Below, one piece after another: positions 55,529 through 63,633 of a DNA stretch of 64,000 nucleotides (its first letter is position 1; every line of letters starts with the position of its first letter). The stretch is from an uncultured virus (IMG/VR IMGVR_UViG_3300044621_002455) (taxonomy: Duplodnaviria; Heunggongvirae; Uroviricota; Caudoviricetes). The notes under the pieces are model-generated. The model was given only the letters and a program-made list of their open reading frames with translations. It ran no database searches and was not told the DNA's origin. The DNA is taken from IMG/VR virus record IMGVR_UViG_3300044621_002455. One strand, written 5' to 3'. The translations under genes were made by a program, and so were the position numbers.

Positions 55529-56879
55529 CTTTTCTAAGCACGCTCTCAAGCTCGATCTCTACCCTCAGCAGGCGAAGATTCTCGATAATTTCTTCCAGCC
55601 CGATAAGAGCCATGCAGTGTGGGCTCTTGGACGACGATCAGGCAAAACTGTCATGGCGGCAGTGGCATGCGTCTATATGTGCTTCGTCTTGGAGGATGAA
55701 TATCGTCGGCGCGTGAGAAAAGGCGAGAAATGGTACATCGTCACCGTCGCCAACAGTCAGGATCAGGCTCGCATTGCTCTCAACAACATCCGTCAGCTCA
55801 TTCTTGACAGTCCCTTCGCTCAAGAAATTGTCCGAGAAACTGCCGACATCATTGAACTGAGCAACAATTGCGTGTTCAAAGCTATTCCCACTTCAGGCCG
55901 CGCTGCTCGTGGCTTGGCTTGCGCTGGAGCAGTATTTGACGAGCTTGCTTTTGCCACTGAAGGCGATGCAAATAGTGGAGGCCGTGGCATCTACGACGCA
56001 CTATCTCCCGCCATCGCTCAGTTTGGAGGCAAAGGACGCATCCTTGAACTCTCTTCTCCATGGTTAACGGACGGCATCTTCTATCAGCATTTCAAAGAAG
56101 CAAGCTCTGGCCGCTTCCCTTTCATGCAGGCTATCAACCTCCCAACGTGGGAGATGAACCCAAGCATTTCGCAAGAGTTTCTTGACACAGAGAGACAGCG
56201 CGATCCAGAGAAGTTTAAAGTGGAATATGGGGCGCAATTCGCGAGCAATCTTTCAGCCCTTGTTGCAAGCGATGTTGTTGATGCCTGTGTTGATGACCGT
56301 CGAGCGGCTCTACCACCCCGCCCTGAATTCCAAGGCGCTTACGTTCTTGCCCTTGACCCCGCCCGTGGTGGCGTTGGCCGTGACGACTACACTGCTTGCA
56401 TTGTTCACTATGAGAACGGCACGCTAGTCGTAGACAAATTTCATTCGTTCGCTGCTGATTTTGAAATCAATGGAAGGATGGAAGTAAATATCAATGCAGT
56501 GGAAGATTGGATTAAAGAGCAGCATCGTCTATATATTTTTGACACCATCGTGATGGACCAGTTCAACAGTGCTGGCACCATTCAAAGCCTTGCCAGCGAC
56601 CTTCCCATCACGGAACTCACTTGGACCGTCAGCTCCAAAATGAAAGCATTCAGCAAGATGCGAGAGTTGTTTAATGCAGGACAGATCAACGTCTATCGCC
56701 ATGAGAAAGCAATCATGCAATTAAAGAATCTCACTGTCATCTATAAGCCCAGTGGACAATGGAGTGTGACTGGTGGCAAGGCTTCGGGAATTGACGACTT
56801 GGCATTTGCAATGGCAGGTGCAATTCTTGCCGCTAGTAAAGACGACGACATTGGCTGGATTGAGAGCTTGATTTCATAG
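55512..56879 (+). CDS. terL: terminase large subunit
   Basis: LYPQQ, Walker A GRRSGKT, Walker B VFDELAF, SSP coupling motif, RuvC-like LALDPA...DD. Confidence 0.92.
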   Translation: MLKCSDFSKHALKLDLYPQQAKILDNFFQPDKSHAVWALGRRSGKTVMAAVACVYMCFVLEDEYRRRVRKGEKWYIVTVANSQDQARIALNNIRQLILDSPFAQEIVRETADIIELSNNCVFKAIPTSGRAARGLACAGAVFDELAFATEGDANSGGRGIYDALSPAIAQFGGKGRILELSSPWLTDGIFYQHFKEASSGRFPFMQAINLPTWEMNPSISQEFLDTERQRDPEKFKVEYGAQFASNLSALVASDVVDACVDDRRAALPPRPEFQGAYVLALDPARGGVGRDDYTACIVHYENGTLVVDKFHSFAADFEINGRMEVNINAVEDWIKEQHRLYIFDTIVMDQFNSAGTIQSLASDLPITELTWTVSSKMKAFSKMRELFNAGQINVYRHEKAIMQLKNLTVIYKPSGQWSVTGGKASGIDDLAFAMAGAILAASKDDDIGWIESLIS

Positions 56880-56923
56880 ACAATTCTCCTAGTATGATTT
56901 TCAAACAATAGTTCTTCCATGGG

Positions 56924-57190
56924 ATGAATAATTGCAATTTATCTATGCAAGAGACTCAGTTTCTCATTGCACTCCTAATAAATGGCACAACTAGCAAGCA
57001 AACGTGCCTTCAGCTTCTCGCCGCCGAACACCTCTACATTCCCACGCTTCTGCCCAAGCTCAAGGCTCATGCAAAACAGCTAAGACAAGCCGAGCTTGTT
57101 GCGTTGGAAAGCGATGGCGGAGAGGAGGATGACTATTGCCGAGACCGCAGCTTTCCCGAAGAGCAGTCCCTGAGGGAATATGACGCCTAA
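56924..57190 (+). CDS. hypothetical protein
   Basis: 88-aa ORF. Confidence 0.55.
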   Translation: MNNCNLSMQETQFLIALLINGTTSKQTCLQLLAAEHLYIPTLLPKLKAHAKQLRQAELVALESDGGEEDDYCRDRSFPEEQSLREYDA

Positions 57191-57214
57191 GTCAAGGCGT
57201 GTTATGATTTCAAA

Positions 57215-57410
57215 GCTTTCGCGAAGCACGCTGGCCAGCGTTGGATCAACAAGGAACAATGGTTTCAGGCGCCATTGTTTCGTAAAGCGATGTTGCACAT
57301 CGCTGCCCTGTGCAACAGGGCCTTCAGGGGAAGAGGGGAGTAGGCCCACCTGCTCTGAAATGCTGTACAAGGCGGATTGAAGCCCCGCTCAGCGCCCTCA
57401 ACTTCCTCTA
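57215..57410 (+). ncRNA. putative structured non-coding RNA of unknown family
   Basis: TGTTATGAT extended -10 at 57200-57208, then five consecutive hairpins and a closing multibranch domain. Confidence 0.5.
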
Positions 57411-57434
57411 GCCTCCCCTTTGCTACACTGATGG

Positions 57435-57488
57435 TACGTTCGGCCTTCGGGCTGCATAATCACTTGAGGATGGAACGGGCCTCAAGGT
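57435..57488 (+). promoter_or_regulatory. glutamine-II (Downstream-peptide) riboswitch
   Basis: CGTTC-GGCC(TTCG)GGCT-GCA...CTTGAGG-ATGGAACGGG-CCTCAAG; the 5' CGTTC can pseudoknot with loop GAACG; TACACT -10 upstream; YRG peptide downstream. Confidence 0.8.
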
Positions 57489-57502
57489 TATGGAGAACCA
57501 TC

Positions 57503-57622
57503 ATGAACCCACTCGCCCTCATCAAGCAGCAGCTTGAGAAAGCAGCTCGTCTGCGTGAAGCACAAATGGCTTCGCTGGTCTATCGCGGCGTCGCTTATGT
57601 GCCCAAGCCTCATTGGTTTTGA
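57503..57622 (+). CDS. DUF4278-like YRG peptide (39 aa)
   Basis: MNPLALIKQQLEKAARLREAQMASLVYRGVAYVPKPHWF with the L.YRGV.Y signature. Confidence 0.8.
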   Translation: MNPLALIKQQLEKAARLREAQMASLVYRGVAYVPKPHWF

Positions 57623-57650
57623 CCTGCTATTGGTTCTGAACTAACTGAGC

Positions 57651-57676
57651 AAGGGGGAGCTTAAGCTCCCTTTTTT
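57651..57676. terminator. bidirectional terminator
   Basis: AAGGGGGAGC-TTAA-GCTCCCTTTTTT between convergent genes. Confidence 0.7.
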
Positions 57677-58054
57677 AATGCTTGAACGCAACTAGATGGT
57701 TGCCCATTATTCCAATGGCGAACGACGCCAGAAATTATCATCGCGTTTGTAATTAAATACGAAGCGAAAATAAATGTGCGGACAAGAGCAACTCTGTCCG
57801 CCTCCTTATGACAATTGCTCTCTTTCGCTCCCAGCGCCTTCGCCCATACTCGCCACGCTCCTTTCTTCCTGCTCATAAATCCAAGCTTTTAGCTCTGTCA
57901 CATACCCTCTAATGATGGCAGCTTTTTCAAGATGCCACTGGTCCATGGTGAGAAAATATTGCGCATTGTGCCAATCAATGGCTCGTAACGATTGATAGAT
58001 GATGGGATTGAGCGGTTCACGCAGGGGAGTATTGAAGGTCCGGCGCTCGGTCAT
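57661..58054 (-). CDS. two small hypothetical genes (57661-57876, about 57806-58054)
   Basis: WRVWAKALGAK...EAD.VA..RT and TFNTPLREP ORFs. Confidence 0.6.
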
Positions 58055-58574
58055 TGGAGGAGAAATAAAGCATCGCCTCGTCCCAATGAACAGGCGCAAA
58101 GTTGTGTTGTTCTACACAACAATTAAAATAGCGCCTATCTAAGCTTCCATCAGGCATTCTTACATTATGAGAATGTAAATGCCCGTGAATATTTCCTTTA
58201 AATCGCTGTTCAAACAGTTCTGGATGGAGGGGAATATGGCTCATCATGAATTCATGGTGGTAAAAACATCCACGAATGTCGTCGAAATATTGCGCGTAGT
58301 CTTGCAGCTTGAAAATATCGTGATTGCCGCGCACTAGCACTTTCCTTCCATTGAGCTGTTCCAGAATCTTTAAGCCGCGACGGGCAATAGCCACGTCCCC
58401 CAGCACGTAAATCCTATCTTTTGCCCCCACTTTCTTGTTCCATTGTTCCACCATGAACGCATCACCTTCTGCTGCGTCCTTAAAGGGACGCAGCTTCTTG
58501 CCATCAGGCCTTAAAAACGTATAGGCCTTATCGTGACAGAAGTGATTGTCTGACGTGAGCCAGCAATTGACCAT
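58017..58574 (-). CDS. calcineurin-like metallophosphoesterase
   Basis: SDNHFCH, LGD, GNHD, SHIP, HGHLH. Confidence 0.88.
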   Translation of the reverse strand: MVNCWLTSDNHFCHDKAYTFLRPDGKKLRPFKDAAEGDAFMVEQWNKKVGAKDRIYVLGDVAIARRGLKILEQLNGRKVLVRGNHDIFKLQDYAQYFDDIRGCFYHHEFMMSHIPLHPELFEQRFKGNIHGHLHSHNVRMPDGSLDRRYFNCCVEQHNFAPVHWDEAMLYFSSNDRAPDLQYSPA

Positions 58575-58589
58575 GGTTCAATGGAGAAA

Positions 58590-58658
58590 CGGCGCTGCTG
58601 GGAATCGAACCACAGGATTCTAGGCTATGTGCCTAACGTGTGCCAACACTTCAGGACC
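58590..58658 (-). tRNA. degenerate tRNA-like element, anticodon CAT
   Basis: Cloverleaf GGTCCTG/CAGCGCC, D arm GTGT-TGGC-ACAC, anticodon arm TTAGG-CACATAG-CCTAG, T loop TTCGATT; non-canonical A8, A33, bulged T stem, one acceptor mismatch, no CCA. Confidence 0.55.
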
Positions 58659-58761
58659 AGATGGCCCAAGCGTGAAGCGATTAACAAGAGCTAATCGCTT
58701 CAGAGGCTTAGGCTCTGTCTGCCCGATGCTAGCGCAGAGCGGGAACTCGCTCAATATAGCG

Positions 58762-59496
58762 TCAAGCCCTGCCGTAGGAAGGCAAATTAGTGTTGGCCGC
58801 CTCAAAGAACGCAGGCATCCGGCTCCGTTGCGTTTCTGCCAGGCCATCTGCTTTGCCCTTCTCAAACAAGCTGTCACTCTGCTTGAGCCAGAAATCTTTG
58901 TTCAACCATTTGTTCTCGCTGGCACCCAGCGCATCAAATGCCCACAATGCAGTGGCGCGACGCAGCTTATTCAAGCTCTGACCAGCATCCTCCCCTAGTT
59001 CCTTAGCCACAAGACTATGCACGCCAACGTGGGTAATCTCGTCACGGCTAATATCAGCAGCCACAGTGCGAATGCCCATATCGCCATTAAAGCGGAAGAA
59101 CGGCAGCACAACAAAGAAGATGCTGCGCTCCAAAATGGCAGCTTTCAAAATGGGGTGGGCAGGATGCTCCTGCCATGCATTCAGAATGCCTTCCACTTCC
59201 TTCTCGGCCTTTTCATCGGCACCATGGGCAGCAACAATGTAGTTGAGGGCCTGATCATGACGCTGTTCATCTTCCTGGTTATGACGAAGGGCTTCCACAA
59301 CGCCAGGCGTGGAAGGCAGATCACGCTCTAGCCCCTGCTCCAGAAAGTCCTTCACAGGCAGTTCCAAATGACGCAGTGCCAGCAGCTTACCAAGAGTGGC
59401 CTCGCTGCCTTCCTGCACAACGCCCTTGTCCACGGCAACGGCCTGCCAAGGCCGTTTTTTAGCAATCATCGACAAATAAGGACTCTTCGTCGTCAT
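58762..59496 (-). CDS. nrdB: ribonucleotide reductase class I beta subunit (short ferritin-like)
   Basis: Dimetal ligands LE, DEQRH, LE..IFF, RDEITH; adjacent to the alpha subunit. Confidence 0.75.
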   Translation of the reverse strand: MTTKSPYLSMIAKKRPWQAVAVDKGVVQEGSEATLGKLLALRHLELPVKDFLEQGLERDLPSTPGVVEALRHNQEDEQRHDQALNYIVAAHGADEKAEKEVEGILNAWQEHPAHPILKAAILERSIFFVVLPFFRFNGDMGIRTVAADISRDEITHVGVHSLVAKELGEDAGQSLNKLRRATALWAFDALGASENKWLNKDFWLKQSDSLFEKGKADGLAETQRSRMPAFFEAANTNLPSYGRA

Positions 59497-59557
59497 GGTC
59501 TTACTATCATTCAGTGGGTGTTGAGGAGAAAGGGGCCTTTGGGCCCCTTCTTTTTTG

Positions 59558-61024
59558 TCATTCAGCGCAGGCAGCGCAGTATCCAGCCTCTACGGAACAA
59601 GACGCAGAATCCTGCTCGGTCTCTTCATTGAGACCAAACATGCTCTTAAAGTCGTCGTCCAACGCAGCATATGCATCATCCTTGCGCTGAGTGTCAGGCA
59701 GGACTTGCAAGCTGTAATAGAGGCTCGTCTGAGGAGAGTCTAGCCAATCCTTCAGGAACACTTCGTCATAATTCACAATGTCTGACCATGAATTAAACGA
59801 ATAACCATGGAAGAGGCCAGTGCGTTGGTACAACTGAACTAGTCCATTGGCAGTCTTGAAGAAAGCTTCCCAGCCCACTTCCGCAGCCGTTTCCACTTCG
59901 CCATAGTCAAAGCTCTCCACGCCAAACGTGCCGCTATCGCGATCTACAGTCCGAGCAATGGGAGGAGCAATTTCAGGCGTGGTGGTGAAGCCCCGCGTGT
60001 CTAAGTAGCGATAGGAGCACGATGCAGTGGGAGCAATGCAAAAAGCACGTTCCATTCCATGCTCACGAGCAACTTCCGCAGCCCTCTGAATGCCTTGGTC
60101 AATTTGCCAGACGGCTTCTCCAGAAATGGTGTTCTTCCAGAAATCATTCCAGCCACGAGCATCTTCTGCAAGGAATGCTTCCAATGCATTGCCAAAATCT
60201 TCATAGCTAATGCCATGGATGGCAAGGAAATTAGCTAGGCCCAACACGCCCAAGCCAATTTGCTTGTCAATGACAGGAGGCAGATATTCGCCAGTGTCGC
60301 CAACGCCAGTACCAGGATGCAGCTCACAAAGCTGCATCATGCCCTCGACAAATGCTCCTTGAATGTTATCCAGCGTGCATGCGCCCAAATTAACGTGCTG
60401 AAGAAGACAAGTGCCACGATGCGGAAGATATACCTCTAAACAGACATTGGCCCTGATGCGTTCTCCACGATTGTTATATCGGATTTTGTTGAGCCAGAGA
60501 TCGCCAGAAGAGATGGCACGAAGACAGGCATTAATCAGTTCAGGAGACGATGCAGAAAGAAAATTGTCATCAACGTTTAAACAACGCTTCACCCAAGGAA
60601 GCTCACTACGTGATGCACTAACAAATTCAATGGCATCAGGGCTTGTATAGTCAAGATGCAGCACTACGGCACCATTCTTGTATAAACCACCCCTACGCAA
60701 GATTTCATTAAGCGTGGAATAAATCTTCCCAAAACTTACTGGCCCGCTTGCCACGAGGCCTTTGCCATTTTCAGCGCCCCTTTCGCGCAGAGAAGATAAA
60801 TGAACAGCGACCCCCGCACCATTGCGCAAACCATGGCTAACAAACCGCCAAGACGCTTCAATGCCATCTTCGCCCTCCATTGAATCTTCTACGTTGAACA
60901 CCGTGCAACTCACAGGCAGGCGTCCATCAGGACTACCCAGCCAATCTTGAACGCGCCCCGTGCGGGCAATTGGCTCACATTTTGCCTTTTCCTTCAGCTT
61001 CATAAGACGACAAAAGGGGACCAT
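59558..61024 (-). CDS. nrdA: ribonucleotide reductase alpha subunit (short cyanophage class I type)
   Basis: PVSCT, RANVCLEV (NxCxE), IGLGVLGLA, APTASCS, SLYY, C-terminal C..CAE. Confidence 0.85.
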   Translation of the reverse strand: MVPFCRLMKLKEKAKCEPIARTGRVQDWLGSPDGRLPVSCTVFNVEDSMEGEDGIEASWRFVSHGLRNGAGVAVHLSSLRERGAENGKGLVASGPVSFGKIYSTLNEILRRGGLYKNGAVVLHLDYTSPDAIEFVSASRSELPWVKRCLNVDDNFLSASSPELINACLRAISSGDLWLNKIRYNNRGERIRANVCLEVYLPHRGTCLLQHVNLGACTLDNIQGAFVEGMMQLCELHPGTGVGDTGEYLPPVIDKQIGLGVLGLANFLAIHGISYEDFGNALEAFLAEDARGWNDFWKNTISGEAVWQIDQGIQRAAEVAREHGMERAFCIAPTASCSYRYLDTRGFTTTPEIAPPIARTVDRDSGTFGVESFDYGEVETAAEVGWEAFFKTANGLVQLYQRTGLFHGYSFNSWSDIVNYDEVFLKDWLDSPQTSLYYSLQVLPDTQRKDDAYAALDDDFKSMFGLNEETEQDSASCSVEAGYCAACAE

Positions 61025-61088
61025 GGTCCCCCGAGAATCAACAGAAGCAGGCTAGCGCAGGGAAGCGATGGTGAAGAGGAAATTAAGC

Positions 61089-61280
61089 TTAATCACAGAG
61101 TCCCTCCTCGTCGCTCACGGCTAAGAGGTCGCGCACGTAAAGCTTCGCTTCATTAGTCGTGCGGAAATAATGCGGTTGTCCGTCAATAGCAGCAAACCAT
61201 TGAAATTCTGGCTTACTAAAACATGGCCACAATTTATACGGGCCAATATTAAATGGCTGGCGATCAGGAAGGCCCCACAT
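61089..61280 (-). CDS. hypothetical protein
   Basis: 63-aa ORF with TAGCGT -10 at 61304-61309. Confidence 0.6.
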   Translation of the reverse strand: MWGLPDRQPFNIGPYKLWPCFSKPEFQWFAAIDGQPHYFRTTNEAKLYVRDLLAVSDEEGLCD

Positions 61281-61440
61281 AGAAGCTTTGCGAAGATCAT
61301 CTCACGCTAGTCGTTATCAATAATTGCACAAGTGCCATTTAATACAAAATGCAGCTTTCCCATTGAATCCTTAAGAAACTTGGAAGAATTTAGTCATAAT
61401 GTTCACCACGATACCAAAAACGCCACATTTGAGCCACAGT

Positions 61441-61984
61441 GCGAGATACGATACCTAAGCGGAGCCACTACTAAAGAGCTTAAGCGGCTCCGCGCCTAGC
61501 CTGCTAGACGACGCTTCTAAGCGAAAGCTTCAAGCGAGCGGAGTCCCCCGAAGGGACGAAGCGTCTACTGAGAAAAAAGGCTAGACAAGCTGCTCATTCA
61601 TGACGAGTGGAGCCCCAAAGGCGGAACGTTCTTCTCTGAGCAGCGAAAAACAAAAAGGCTGATCCAGATCCTATGTAATGGATTGGGCATACTATGTCTC
61701 GCCAATTGGAACGAGCTAAAAGCTTTTCCATCTCAAGAAGGTCTAGCAACGGCGGCCGTCAGGGCCGCCTTTTCAAGAAAACAGACGATGGAGAGGAGGG
61801 TGATGCAAATTGTTTAGAGCTGGCATATTGTCTTGTTTCGCTTTTGTTTATCATTCCGCCCCCTTTGGGGCTTCATTCGTCTTGCTTATTGTCTTGAAAT
61901 GCCTCAAGCGGCGCCTGCGGCTTGCTTTCGGCATAGTGCTACTGGGCTTTTGCTGGTTAGCATTTAGCAGTTACGAAAAGGTTA
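61441..61984. other. symmetric hairpin-rich non-coding region, candidate replication origin
   Basis: A/C-rich left arm, central GGCGGCC-GTCAG-GGCCGCC hairpin, G/T-rich right arm; inverted copies of a shared motif at 61601-61632 and 61854-61881. Confidence 0.45.
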
Positions 61985-62478
61985 TGGAAGCTAGCTCAAA
62001 GCGTTGTTCGGTTTGCAAGGAGATCAAAAACCTCTCGTTGTTTGGTGTTCGCAAAAAAGCTAAAGATGGTCGCAATTATCGCTGTAAAGTTTGCCAGTCA
62101 AAATCGAGCAGAGACAGTCGGTCCAAAAATCCAGTGGCAACACAAATTGGGACTATGGTCAAAAAAGCTAAAGAGCGCTCTATCTTGAAAAAATTGCCCT
62201 TTGACATTGATTCCGAATACCTCCTTGATCGGGCTCCTTCCCATTGCCCAATTTTCAATATTCCACTGGAATGGTCGTGCTTTCGTTCAGGGAAAAAAGG
62301 CCCGCTCCCCAATAGCCCATCCCTAGACCGCATCGTCCCGGATCTTGGCTACGTCAAAGGAAACGTATGGATTATTAGCCATAGGGCAAATACAATCAAA
62401 AGCAATGCCACTCACGAAGAACTAAAACTAGTGGCAAACGCCGTAGGCAAAGCAATAGTCGATAGCCTAGAATTTTAG
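61984..62478 (+). CDS. HNH-like endonuclease with N-terminal zinc finger
   Basis: KRCSVC...CKVC; CPIF...SPSLDRI.P..GYVKGNV.IIS.RAN.IKS; start reassigned to ATG 61984. Confidence 0.8.
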   Translation: MEASSKRCSVCKEIKNLSLFGVRKKAKDGRNYRCKVCQSKSSRDSRSKNPVATQIGTMVKKAKERSILKKLPFDIDSEYLLDRAPSHCPIFNIPLEWSCFRSGKKGPLPNSPSLDRIVPDLGYVKGNVWIISHRANTIKSNATHEELKLVANAVGKAIVDSLEF

Positions 62479-62550
62479 ACTAGGCATAAATACTTAGGCG
62501 AAAAAAAAGGGGATGAAAAATGGCGCCACTTTTCGGGGAGGTATGCCCAC

Positions 62551-62603
62551 ATGCGCCTTGCCGCATAAGCCGGTTACTGCTCTATGCGCCTACACGCATA
62601 AGC
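62551..62603. repeat. two ATGCG-N6-CGCAT inverted repeats 33 bp apart
   Basis: ATGCGCCTTGCCGCATAAGC at 62551 and ATGCGCCTACACGCATAAGC at 62584. Confidence 0.7.
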
Positions 62604-62734
62604 GCATAACAGTACGGTTGTACCATCAGAAAAACTAATGTTACGAAATGTTACGATTGCGGGAATCTGGCGAAATTTCGACTAGATTTGGGCATGAGAC
62701 GGGCGACCGTCTCGCCGCCCCTCGACAACCTGCC

Positions 62735-62887
62735 ATGACCTCCCCCTCGATCGCCTCCCTGTTCGCCGCTCGCCTTCGCGAGCTCGAGGAGCAGGATCGC
62801 CAGAGCCAGGCGAAAACAGCCAAAACACTAGCTAGCGTCAAGGCTACGATCGCCGAGCTCGAGAGCCTAGAGATCCCTCTAGACTGA
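62735..62887 (+). CDS. small coiled-coil early protein (50 aa)
   Basis: MTSPSIASLFAARLRELEEQDR...; TAGATT -10 at 62683-62688 and terminator at 62893-62919. Confidence 0.65.
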   Translation: MTSPSIASLFAARLRELEEQDRQSQAKTAKTLASVKATIAELESLEIPLD

Positions 62888-62892
62888 TAGCT

Positions 62893-62919
62893 AAAAGCCG
62901 ACCTTAGAGGTCGGCTTTT
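62893..62919. terminator. bidirectional terminator
   Basis: AAAAGCCGACC-TTAGA-GGTCGGCTTTT. Confidence 0.75.
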
Positions 62920-63086
62920 CTATTCTTGCCATTATGACGCTATGCGCATAGGAGATATTCTCTCGATCAGCAGAGAAGCGAGACAGGAGCGAGAGGGGAG
63001 AGCATGAGAAGGCCTCTCAACCTAAGGAGGCTGAGAGGCTAGGGAGAGAGGCCAGGAGAGGCCTCTGAGAAGGAGAAGGAGGGAGG

Positions 63087-63568
63087 TTATGGGAGGGGGA
63101 GGCGAAGCTCCTTGAGGCGCTCCTGATTTGAGCGAGAGCGAAGGAGGAGAAGCCAGAGGCCGGGGAGGCGAAGGGAGAGGAGGGAGAGCCAGCCAGAGCG
63201 GCGAGACCAGGAGGAGAAGCGAGAGAAGAGGGGGAGGCGAGGGGGAGGAGAGAGGAGGAGGAGAAAGGAGCGGCGAGAGAGGGGGAGACAGCGAGGGAGA
63301 GGAGAGGAGGGGAGACAGCGAGGGGAGAGCATGAGAGGGAGCGCTCCTAGTGACGATCAGAGAGGAGCCAGACAGAGGAGGGAGGGAGGGGAGGCTCTCC
63401 CCTGAGGGAGCGCTCTCGAGCGAGAGCAGAGGCTCGAGCCTCAGAGGCGAGGCGCTCGCAGTAGGAGCGCAAGACGGAGGAGAGGAGAGGAGAGAGCTCG
63501 CCAGAGGAGACAGAGCCGAGGAGAGCGCCAGAGGAGGAGCGAACAGAGCGAAGGGGAGCCGAGGTCAT
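63087..63568 (-). CDS. two low-complexity Ser/Leu/Pro/Arg-rich ORFs (63087-63332, 63347-63568)
   Basis: ATG-started ORFs on the CT-rich strand; coding status uncertain. Confidence 0.35.
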
Positions 63569-63633
63569 GAGAAGAGAAGAGAAAGGAGCGGGAGGCCTTG
63601 AGGCCTCCCTAGGAGGAGAAAGGCGAGAGCTTC

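Noticed and set aside
57326..57409. Hammerhead ribozyme
   Set aside because: CTGAAAT does not match the CUGANGA core and no correctly placed GAAA/NUH was found
61810..61983. Hydrophobic N-terminal extension of the HNH-like ORF
   Set aside because: It is a by-product of the G/T-rich structured arm; ATG 61984 starts directly at the zinc finger
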